From Candidatus Latescibacterota bacterium (GTDB lineage Bacteria; Latescibacterota; UBA2968; GCA-2709665): DNA of 64,000 nucleotides. A program made the translations under genes and the position numbers. Positions 19,660-28,112 of this stretch are shown here, in pieces. The stretch lies in NCBI GenBank assembly GCA_965203805.1, contig OZ241917.1, forward strand, positions 4,768,001 through 4,832,000. Reading direction: 5' to 3'. A model generated the notes under the pieces. It was not told the DNA's origin. It was given only the letters and a program-made list of their open reading frames with translations, and did not search any database. The number at the start of each line of letters is the position of its first letter. The stretch's first letter is position 1.

Positions 19660-20307
19660 TTAGACGACAACCCTTTTGGCCGCGGTGATTACTGGAATTC
19701 CCCTGATCGCGCAGAGGGCGACGGTCAGGTAGGTCGCCGCGAGAGCGACCGTCTCGAACTCCGGTCCGAACCCGGACGCCACGTTAGACGGGTGTTGCAA
19801 CGCGTTCAGGATGAACAACGTCACGAATGCGATCACTTTCGCAACGCCGTACGCGGCCCTGCTCGCCCGTGAGGCGACCAGGGCGTGTCCGATGCGCGAC
19901 CGCATCATCGTCTGCTCTCCGAACGCGGTCTCGCCGTTCGACAGCGCGCAACTCCGAATCGCGTCCGTCACGAATCCCCGGCTGAGCACCACCAGGGGCA
20001 CCCAGAGGGGGATCAGATGCAGCCACGCGAACACCACCCACCACACGTTCTCCGCGATCCGGTCCCCCACGATGTCGAGCAATCCGCCGACCTTGCTCTC
20101 GCATCCCAGCCGCCGCGCGGCGTACCCGTCCAGCCAATCCATCAACAGCGTGGCGAACGCAAGGGGTACCGCAATCCAGGCCAGCACGGAGTCTCCCGTG
20201 ACCGCAAAGGCCGATGCCAGAAAAAGGCAGACGACCCTGAAGGCGGTAATCAGGTTGGCGACGTGACGCTGAAGGGTGGCTGCGAACGTCAATGTGTGTG
20301 CAGACAT
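19660..20307 (-). CDS. CDP-alcohol phosphatidyltransferase family protein
   Basis: Signature DWLDGYAARRLGCESKVGGLLDIVGDR and ANLIT.FR; ATG 20307 after AAGGAGG. Confidence 0.9.
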   Translation of the reverse strand: MSAHTLTFAATLQRHVANLITAFRVVCLFLASAFAVTGDSVLAWIAVPLAFATLLMDWLDGYAARRLGCESKVGGLLDIVGDRIAENVWWVVFAWLHLIPLWVPLVVLSRGFVTDAIRSCALSNGETAFGEQTMMRSRIGHALVASRASRAAYGVAKVIAFVTLFILNALQHPSNVASGFGPEFETVALAATYLTVALCAIRGIPVITAAKRVVV

Positions 20308-20336
20308 AACATCCTCCTTTCTTGCGGCACACATTG

Positions 20337-20352
20337 CGCAAACCCCGTGCCA
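20337..20352 (-). promoter_or_regulatory. sigma54 (-24/-12) promoter
   Basis: TGGCAC-GGGGT-TTGCG on the minus strand matches TGGCAC-N5-TTGC, 30 nt upstream of the phosphatidyltransferase start. Confidence 0.85.
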
Positions 20353-20415
20353 TAACCGATTTCGCCCTTTATCAGGCGGATTCGACGGCAATTCGCACGG
20401 AAAACGTGTGACAGA

Positions 20416-20453
20416 TGCCAAAGGAAACTTGCACCTGCAAGCACGGGCTTGCA
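20416..20453. promoter_or_regulatory. Tandem dyads, putative enhancer (UAS) for the adjacent sigma54 activator
   Basis: TGCCAA-aggaaa-CTTGCA (20416-20433) and TGCAAG-cacggg-CTTGCA (20436-20453), 20 bp apart, 64-101 bp upstream of the -24 box. Confidence 0.65.
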
Positions 20454-20593
20454 GGAATCCGGAGTGGACGGAATAAAAAAAAACCGGCGACACAATGTGT
20501 GTCTCCGGACTCAAGGGGGGGAAGGGGTCCCCGCTGGCGTCACCCGATGCGGTTATGGCCGTTTGCTTTTGGCTGACGGCTGAAGGCTGACAG

Positions 20594-21991
20594 CTATCTG
20601 TATATCTTCGGATCGATCCCGAGTTCCCTGACTTTCTGCTGCAGCGCCTGCCGTTTCATGCCAATGGCGGGGGCCGTGCGGCTCATATTGCCGTTGTGGC
20701 GTTCCAGCGCCGATCGAATGAAGGCGGCTTCAAAAGCCTGAACGACCTCCTGTTTTGTATCCTGAAACGACACTCCGTCCCGCCAGTTCGGTGCTCTTGA
20801 GGCGACGGATTCCGTACCGACCGAACGGACTTCCTCCGGAAGCAGGTCCCTGCTCAGGACCGTGTCCTCCGCGAAGATGACGGCACGCTCGACGGCGTGC
20901 ATCAACTCGCGAATATTGCCCGGCCATCCGTAGCCCGCCAGGAGTTTCGTCACATCGGCCGGCACTTCCGAAACAGCCTTTTCGTGCCTTCGATTGAATC
21001 GATCCAGATAATACTGTACAAGCAGGGGAATATCCTCACGGCGGTCACGAAGCGGCGGCAGGAAGACATCCACCACTTTCAACCGGTAATAGAGGTCCTC
21101 CCGGAACCGTCCACGCGCAATTTCACTCGGAAGGTCACGGTTCGTGGCGCTGATCATCCGAACGTCCACCGAAACCGTCTCCGAGCCGCCCAACCGCTCG
21201 AATTGCTGCTCCTGGAGTACGCGCAGCAGTTTCGCCTGGGTCTCGGCGTGCATGTCTCCAATCTCGTCCAGAAACAGGGTACCACTGTCCGCGAGTTCGA
21301 ACTTGCCCTGCCGCCTTGACGCGGCTCCCGTAAAGGCGCCCTTCTCATGGCCGAACAGTTCGCTTTCGATCAACTCGTTGGGAAGCGCCGCGGCGTTCAC
21401 CGCGACGAAAGGGTGTTCTTTTCGTACGCTCTGCTCGTGAATTGCCCGCGCCACGAGCTCCTTGCCGGTTCCGCTCTCACCGTGAACCAGCACGGCTGCG
21501 TCGGTTCCGGCCACCTTGCCAATCATGTCGCAGACCCGCTCCATGGTCCGGCTCCGGCCGATTAACAACCCGAATCCGGATTGCCGGCGAATCTCGTTGC
21601 GCAAGGACTCGTTCTCCCTCCGCAGCCGCACCGTTTCCAGGGCATTCTGGACCAGGCAGCGCAGTTCGTCCACGTCGTACGGCTTGCTCACGTAGTCGTA
21701 CGCCCCCGCCTTCATCGCCTCAACCGCAATCCTCTCCGAGCCGAAAGCGGTCATCATGATGACAGGAGGGGCGTCACCTTGTTCCCCCAGCAGCCTCACC
21801 AGCGTCAAGCCGTCCATTCTGGGCATCTGGATATCACAGATCAACAGATCGGGAACGCTGCGTGCGATCTCGTCCAGCGCCGCCTCTCCGTCGGCCGCTT
21901 CCACAATCTCGCCGGACAGCGCCGCCAGCGCCCGCTTCAGCCCATGCCGCGCGGCGGGATCGTCGTCTACAACCAGAATCTTATGCCGCAT
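20594..21991 (-). CDS. sigma54-dependent response regulator (NtrC/AtoC/PrsR-like)
   Basis: REC domain (ILVVDDD, DIQMP), AAA+ GESGTGKE and GAFTGA, C-terminal Fis-type HTH. Confidence 0.95.
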   Translation of the reverse strand: MRHKILVVDDDPAARHGLKRALAALSGEIVEAADGEAALDEIARSVPDLLICDIQMPRMDGLTLVRLLGEQGDAPPVIMMTAFGSERIAVEAMKAGAYDYVSKPYDVDELRCLVQNALETVRLRRENESLRNEIRRQSGFGLLIGRSRTMERVCDMIGKVAGTDAAVLVHGESGTGKELVARAIHEQSVRKEHPFVAVNAAALPNELIESELFGHEKGAFTGAASRRQGKFELADSGTLFLDEIGDMHAETQAKLLRVLQEQQFERLGGSETVSVDVRMISATNRDLPSEIARGRFREDLYYRLKVVDVFLPPLRDRREDIPLLVQYYLDRFNRRHEKAVSEVPADVTKLLAGYGWPGNIRELMHAVERAVIFAEDTVLSRDLLPEEVRSVGTESVASRAPNWRDGVSFQDTKQEVVQAFEAAFIRSALERHNGNMSRTAPAIGMKRQALQQKVRELGIDPKIYR

Positions 21992-24104
21992 GGTCCCCTC
22001 CTGGAAGTTGCACTTCGAACACGACCCCTTCCGGGGTCTCGTTCGAAACCGCGATCGATCCGCCCATGCGCTCCACGTCCCGCTTTACAATGGCAAGTCC
22101 CAACCCGGTTCCCGAAGCCTTGGTCGTAAAGAACGGTTCGAAAACGTGCGGGAGGGCCTCCTCCGATATCCCCGGCCCGGTATCCGAAACCCGCACCGCC
22201 ACGCCCCCGCCCGAGGGTCCTGCCCGTACGGACAGACGCCGCTTTGCCGTCCGCTCCGCTTCTTCCATCGCCTGGATGCCGTTCAATATGAGGTTGAAGA
22301 ACACTTCCTTCAGGTCTTCGGGGTCCCCCTTGACGACCAGGCCCTCGCCAACTTCCGTCCGGATATCCACTTGTCGTCGTTCCGCCTCGTGCGACAGGAT
22401 CAACACCACGTCGTCCAGCACGGCCTTCATATCAACCGGATGAAAGGCATCGCACTGTTTCGGCTGCGCAAATCTGAGGAGCCGGTCCACCACGCGGCCC
22501 AAACGGTCGATTTCATTCAACACGACCGTCAGGTCGCCGGACTTCGCCGCGTCGTCTGCCAGTTCTTCCCGCAGCACGGTGGTAATCGCCTTGATGGAAC
22601 TCAACGGATTCTTGACCTCGTGCGCGATGCTGGCCGATAGCAGGCCCAGGGCCGAAAGCCGCTCCGCTTCGAACATGCGACGCTCCATCTGCATCCGGCG
22701 TTCCACCAGGCGCGTGTTCTCCACGGCCAGCGCAATCTGATTGCAGAGCGTACCGAGCAGGTCCCATTCCTCTGAAGAGTAGGGCACGCTTCGTTTTTTC
22801 TCTCCGAGGCACAGAAACCCGGTAAGCTTTTCCTCCTGCAACACCGGTATGCACAACCGGACGCTCTGTTCCGCCAGGACCCCTGCAAGACCCGGACGAT
22901 GCAATTCCCCCACGTCCAGTGCCCGCCGGTGGGTCAGCATCCAATCGGCCACCAGCCGGACCCGATCCTGACTCCGACCATTCCCGCTGAAGGGCGCGGC
23001 CGGTGGATCGAATCCCGGCAATCCACTGCCCGAGATCACCCGTACGTCATCCGCGCGGTCGTCCTCGTTTTCGAGCAGGACCAGCGAGACGAGGTGTACC
23101 TTGAGCACCGTTCCAACGGCGTCCACAACGGCTTTCAACCGGCTTTCCAGCGCGTCCGGCACGTTCAGCGTCTGGCTCAGCGTACCGAGCAGGTGCTGAT
23201 ATTCGAATCGCGCTTTGAAGAACAGTCGATTGATCGCGCCCTGCAGCTTATTCTTGACCGGTTGGAAGAGAAAGATCAACAGGGAGATCAGCACAGCCTC
23301 AACGACTTCCACCCGGAAGCCGCCGCCCAGGCGTCCGAGCTCTTCGGCGACGCGACGGATCACGAGCAGATAGACCGTGAGGACGATCCCCGTCAGCGCG
23401 GAATAGAGCAGCGCGGGATTCACCACGATCCTGAAAAAGCTGTATCGATAAATATAGTAACCGAGAATGTAGGCCGGCGCGATGGGTGAAAGAAACAGCG
23501 CGAGGTCCAGGGCCGGTCCGACAACTGCCAGTCTGATTCCCCCCATCGGATACGCGGCGCCGGCCAGAACCGCGATTCCGGTCAGCGCGAGCGCCGTCAG
23601 CCGGTAGAACGACCGTTGCACCTCCGTTGCCAACTGCGCGGCGAACTCCCGGCACAGCCACGCCGAATACAGAAGCGCCGGAATGGCGTACAGGCTGAAG
23701 CCAACGCGCTTCAGCGGTATGTCCCACAGACCTGTAAGGAATACGATCAGCCCGGGAACCACCGCGAACGGAACCGGATTGCGGCGCAGCCACCCGGCGA
23801 TTCGCGTGGTTTGTTCATCCGCCGAAATCAGCACCGTGGCCAGCAGCGCGGAAGGCAGAAAGCACATCCCGAATCGCGCGACCTGGGCCGCGTAGACCGC
23901 CGCGCGAGCGCCTGGGGACGCCTGTTCGATCAGAATCCGCAGCGCGTCTCCCGTATACCAGAACGCCCCTGCCAGAATCAGCAGCAGCAACGGAAGCGGC
24001 GTGCCCCTGCGCTTTATCGCGGAAACGAAAATGCCCCAGAGCAGCCCGGCGGCGACCGCGCCGCCGACCAGCCAGATCGTGTCATATAGTGAGAGGTCCA
24101 TCAT
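21981..24104 (-). CDS. Multi-TM GAF sensor histidine kinase (PrsK-like architecture)
   Basis: N-terminal TM bundle, GAF-like region, AHEVKNPL H-box, N/G1/F/G2 boxes. Start moved to MMDLSL because the upstream extension is repeat DNA. Confidence 0.9.
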   Translation of the reverse strand: MMDLSLYDTIWLVGGAVAAGLLWGIFVSAIKRRGTPLPLLLLILAGAFWYTGDALRILIEQASPGARAAVYAAQVARFGMCFLPSALLATVLISADEQTTRIAGWLRRNPVPFAVVPGLIVFLTGLWDIPLKRVGFSLYAIPALLYSAWLCREFAAQLATEVQRSFYRLTALALTGIAVLAGAAYPMGGIRLAVVGPALDLALFLSPIAPAYILGYYIYRYSFFRIVVNPALLYSALTGIVLTVYLLVIRRVAEELGRLGGGFRVEVVEAVLISLLIFLFQPVKNKLQGAINRLFFKARFEYQHLLGTLSQTLNVPDALESRLKAVVDAVGTVLKVHLVSLVLLENEDDRADDVRVISGSGLPGFDPPAAPFSGNGRSQDRVRLVADWMLTHRRALDVGELHRPGLAGVLAEQSVRLCIPVLQEEKLTGFLCLGEKKRSVPYSSEEWDLLGTLCNQIALAVENTRLVERRMQMERRMFEAERLSALGLLSASIAHEVKNPLSSIKAITTVLREELADDAAKSGDLTVVLNEIDRLGRVVDRLLRFAQPKQCDAFHPVDMKAVLDDVVLILSHEAERRQVDIRTEVGEGLVVKGDPEDLKEVFFNLILNGIQAMEEAERTAKRRLSVRAGPSGGGVAVRVSDTGPGISEEALPHVFEPFFTTKASGTGLGLAIVKRDVERMGGSIAVSNETPEGVVFEVQLPGGDHAA

Positions 24105-24498
24105 ATCGGACAAAGTGCCTATAGATGACCGGCAAGCGACGTTTGCCTTTTCTCCCCCTCTCCTCGAAGAGCGGGGAGACGTGAGCCGGTAGACGGGAGA
24201 AGACGTCCGTGCCTGGTCGGTTCTTGCTTTATGCCTCCGCCAAGAAATGAAACCACACCGGGCAGACAATATCTCACGTCTCACGTCTACCCTCTCACCG
24301 CTCTTGAGGGGCCGGGGGAGAGGTCTGCGCAGGCACCACCTGATTCTGTCTTGCTTGTAGCTGGCGACTGACGGCTATCGGCTGGTCTTCAGGTGTGGAA
24401 ATTAGCCAAAATCCGCGGTGATATCAACTCAAACCGCCGACAGTTCCAGCCGGGAGTGCCCCCGAAAGACATCCCCCGATCCGCTGGAACTCAAAGCG

Positions 24499-25332
24499 TC
24501 AACTCCCCGTGGACCGATAGTGACGCACGCCTGGATTCCAGACGCGGAGGGCGATGTACAGGAATGCCGGACCCGCCAGCGGGGACAGGAACTGCATCCA
24601 TTCGGAGGAGCCGAGCGGATCCGGACGGTCCAGGATCGCCAGGGCGGGGAAGTACGTGATACCGGCCAGAGGGACGACGTAGGTGAAGAAACGGCGGAAC
24701 CACAGGGGGTAGATCACCAGGGGGTATTGGGCCGTTTCGGTCCCGCCGTTGGTGAGCGCATTGGCGATTTCCAGGCCGATGGTGGGTTCGTCCAGGAAGA
24801 GGAGGGGGGGAGAGTGGAGTAGCGCCGCGGCCAGATCGCAGCGCATTCTCTGGCCCAGGGAGAGTTGCCGCACCGGGGTGTCCAGGAGCCGGTCAAGGTC
24901 CAGCAGGCCGATCAGTTCATCGCGACTTGAGATGTATTCCGTGCCGGGGATTCTGTAAATGTCGCGGAGCAGATCGAATGATTCGATGACGGGCAGATCC
25001 CACCAGAGTTGCGTGCGTTGTCCGAAGACGACGCCAATGTCCCGTACGTGTGAAATGCGCTCCTTCCAGGGGACGCGACCCGCGATTTCGCAGCGGCCCG
25101 AATCGGGAACGAGGATGCCGGAGAGGACCTTGACAGTGGTGGATTTGCCCGCGCCATTGGGGCCGATGTAACCGACGAGTTCTCCCGGTTGGATGCAGAA
25201 CGAGACGCCGTCCAGTGCGCTGACGGTGCGGTGTCGTCGTTGAATCACGCCTTTGAGCGCACCCCACGTACCGGACTCGCGTTCAGCGATGTGGAAGGTT
25301 TTCACAATATTCGCTACGACTATGTGGGGCAT
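24499..25332 (-). pseudogene. ABC ATPase N-part fused in frame to an ABC-2 (DUF990-type) permease C-part
   Basis: Walker A GPNGAGKST, signature LSLGQ, Walker B LFLDEPTIGL, then an abrupt switch to EIANALTNGG..QYPLVIYP..HYRSTGS. The H-loop region is absent. Confidence 0.75.
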
Positions 25333-25374
25333 TTCGGGTCTCCTTCTCGGGTGACGGGCTGCCCAGCTTTAGAG

Positions 25375-25418
25375 AAAAACAAAAAGCCCGTTGTCGAGAT
25401 AACCTCGACAACGGGCTG
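25375..25418 (-). terminator. Intrinsic terminator in the leader of the ABC gene
   Basis: agcccgttgtcgag-N6-ctcgacaacgggct stem followed by TTTTGTTTTT on the minus strand. Confidence 0.7.
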
Positions 25419-25780
25419 TAGCCGGCAACCGGGCCTGGCCTGCGAAAGGCCGCCTTATGATTAGCCTCCGGGGCACTCGGGTTTTTCCCGGAAGGCGCGG
25501 GTTTGCAATTTCATATTGTTTATTTTCAAGGACTTATATGTAAATTCCTGTTTGTAAGCCGCATATATAGACCTCGGTCCGGAAGAGAAGAAAATATAAT
25601 ACAACGAGAAGTCTGGGTCAAGAAACTTCATCACCGAAACGTCGGCACAGCTTTCCCGTCCCGGTTGTTCGTGAGCCATCCTGAGGCCCGGGCGAAGACA
25701 CGTCGAGACCGCGGAAATCCGATGCCCTGACACGGCCTCACACAACCGGTATTCGGTCTAAATACCGATAAAGAAATCAC

Positions 25781-25809
25781 TTGCGCGTATGATTCAGTCA
25801 AATTATAAT
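25781..25809 (+). promoter_or_regulatory. sigma70-type promoter
   Basis: TTGCGC-17 nt-TATAAT upstream of the lactonase gene. Confidence 0.6.
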
Positions 25810-25926
25810 TGTTCGCAAATCAGATTGATAGACACCGCTGAAGGCGGGACTGAGCCGTTGCCATTTCCCCCGTCTCCGGTCCTGACGAAAAGACGAACGG
25901 CAACGGAAGCCCGTCGTTGATATGGA

Positions 25927-26940
25927 ATGACAATGAACTACCACGCGTACATCACCGTATCCAGCGAAGACAGGATTCTGAAATACCGGATGGATCCGGA
26001 CACGGGCGATCTCGCTTTCGAGCACAGTATCCATGCCGGGGGCGGGCCGGGCCCGCTTGCGGTCGACCCTCGTCAGGAATGCCTCTATCTCAGCAGGCGA
26101 GGCGCGCGCGAGATTTCCGCCTACGCCATCGATTCCGCCACGGGTGACATCGCCTTACTGGGTTCGGTCTCCGTGGACGCCGACGCCTGTTACGTGAGCA
26201 CGGATCGAAACGGAAGATTCCTTCTCTCCGCTTCGTACGGCGGAGGGGTGGCGGCCGTCCACGCGATTCGGGGGGACGGGACGTTGAGCGATTCGCCGGT
26301 CCAGACCATCAAGACCCTGCCGAAAGCCCACTTTATCCTGACGGATCCTTCGAATCGCCTCGCGTATCTGCCCCACGTGGGAGAATCCAACACCATCATC
26401 GGATTTCGTTTCAATGAAGACGCCGGAACGCTCCGTGAGGTCTCGCGGACCTCTCACGAACCCGACGTCGGTCCTCGTCACCTGGTCTTCCATCCCAGGC
26501 TGGATATGGTATATGTCTCCAATGAGCAGGGCAGCAGCGTGACCGCCTATATGTGCGACACCGTTTCCGGCGTTCTGGATCCCGCGCAGACGCTTTCCAC
26601 GCTGCCTGACGGCTTCAAGGGCGAAAACACGTGCGCGCAGATCCATATCCATCCCTCGGGCAGGTTCCTTTATGTTTCCAACCGGGGTCACGACAGTATT
26701 GCGTGTTTTGCGATCGACCGGGCGGGCGGCCTCGCCGCTAACGGTATTCAAGGCACGGAACCCGTCCCCAGGGCGTTCGGGATCGACCCGACGGGTTGTT
26801 TTCTTTACGCCGGCGGCCAGGAATCCGGCAAGCTGGCCTCATACCGGATTGACTCGCAGACCGGCCGGTTGTGTCCCCTGAAGACATACGCCGTCGGCGA
26901 ACAGTCCATGTGGGTCCTGATCCTGGCGATTCCCGGCTGA
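25927..26940 (+). CDS. pgl: 6-phosphogluconolactonase / lactonase-family beta-propeller
   Basis: GPRHLVFHP, IHIHPSGRFLYVSNRGHDSIA and PRAF.IDP.G motifs. Confidence 0.8.
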   Translation: MTMNYHAYITVSSEDRILKYRMDPDTGDLAFEHSIHAGGGPGPLAVDPRQECLYLSRRGAREISAYAIDSATGDIALLGSVSVDADACYVSTDRNGRFLLSASYGGGVAAVHAIRGDGTLSDSPVQTIKTLPKAHFILTDPSNRLAYLPHVGESNTIIGFRFNEDAGTLREVSRTSHEPDVGPRHLVFHPRLDMVYVSNEQGSSVTAYMCDTVSGVLDPAQTLSTLPDGFKGENTCAQIHIHPSGRFLYVSNRGHDSIACFAIDRAGGLAANGIQGTEPVPRAFGIDPTGCFLYAGGQESGKLASYRIDSQTGRLCPLKTYAVGEQSMWVLILAIPG

Positions 26941-27129
26941 TCGTCGAAGGATTCGACATTTGACCGATCCGGAGTTTCCCGTCGGTTCGTATTCCAAGGC
27001 GCGGACGATCCAGACAACAACTGTTGCAATTCACGGCGCCCATTGCGACAGAAGGCGGCCATCCCTTGCATGAGAACCCAATAACGGCCCTAAATGCCTT
27101 ATTTCCCGTGAATAATAACAATAATCCTA

Positions 27130-27159
27130 TTGACAAACCCGAAGTTGTACCGTTATATA
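27130..27159 (+). promoter_or_regulatory. sigma70-type promoter of the SPOR-mltD-mreD-mrdA-rodA cluster
   Basis: TTGACA followed after 17-18 nt by an AT-rich TATATA stretch. Confidence 0.5.
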
Positions 27160-27188
27160 TAGTATAGTACATTATACGAGATAACAAG

Positions 27189-27971
27189 ATGTTGGGATGT
27201 CTGGCAATGGCTTGTTCGATCTCACCAGGATTTGGACGCCTTTTCGCGGTAGGGTTGCTGTTTTTGTTGGCGGCGTGCGCAACTCCCGGCCGGAGAACAG
27301 CTCCACCGGCGCCGGCCGCCGACGAGCATTTCGATCCGCAAAGCGTCGGCGACGATGACTTCTTACTGAAACCGCCGGCAGGGGCAGAAATCCCCCCTGT
27401 CGATCCGACTCCCGCGGCAGCGCCTTCCGTCGTCCGTCTCGACGGATTTCGGGTGCAAATCGCGGTGGTATCGAGTCTCGAACGGGCGGAGAGGGTCAAA
27501 AGCGAAGCGGAGCCGAAATTCGGGATTCCGGTTCATATCTACCGCGACCCGGACACCGGGCTGCATAAGATACAGGTGGGAAACGGGAGGACTGCAACAG
27601 AGGTCGAGCCCCTGCGTGACCAGGCAAAGAACCAGGGGTACCCTGAGGCGTTTATCGTGCGAACCGCGATTGAACTCCCTCGCGCCGCAGTTCACGGTCC
27701 GGAATCAGTGGTTGGCTTCCGCGTTCAAATATTCGCGGCTTCAAGCCGAGTTGCCGCCGAAAGCGAGGTGGCCAGGGTCCGGGACACCCTGGGACAGGAC
27801 GACGTTTATATAAAGTACGAACCCCCGTACTTCAAGGTCCGTATCGGGAATTTTCGAACCCGAGAAGCCGCAGAAGGGCTGATGGGAAGACTTAAGGCAT
27901 ACGGATACGATACCACCTTTGTGGTGGGGACACACATCGAAACATCCACAGAAGAGACAACCGGCAACTGA
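27189..27971 (+). CDS. SPOR-domain lipoprotein (two SPOR domains)
   Basis: LAAC lipobox; GFRVQI twice; YFKVRIGNF.TR..A. Confidence 0.85.
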   Translation: MLGCLAMACSISPGFGRLFAVGLLFLLAACATPGRRTAPPAPAADEHFDPQSVGDDDFLLKPPAGAEIPPVDPTPAAAPSVVRLDGFRVQIAVVSSLERAERVKSEAEPKFGIPVHIYRDPDTGLHKIQVGNGRTATEVEPLRDQAKNQGYPEAFIVRTAIELPRAAVHGPESVVGFRVQIFAASSRVAAESEVARVRDTLGQDDVYIKYEPPYFKVRIGNFRTREAAEGLMGRLKAYGYDTTFVVGTHIETSTEETTGN

Positions 27972-28112
27972 ACGCGTACGGGGTTGACCGCGACGGTGAC
28001 GCTGCCGCAGCCGCCGCGAACTCAGGCCTGCATTGCGCGACCGATCCGTTGCCCGTTCCAACGGCATTTCCCGGTGGCCGGGCTTCCGGATCGACTTCTC
28101 CAGAATATCCAG

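Noticed and set aside
25875-25900. Hammerhead ribozyme (CTGACGA core)
   Set aside because: No correctly placed GAAA or stem II follows the core.
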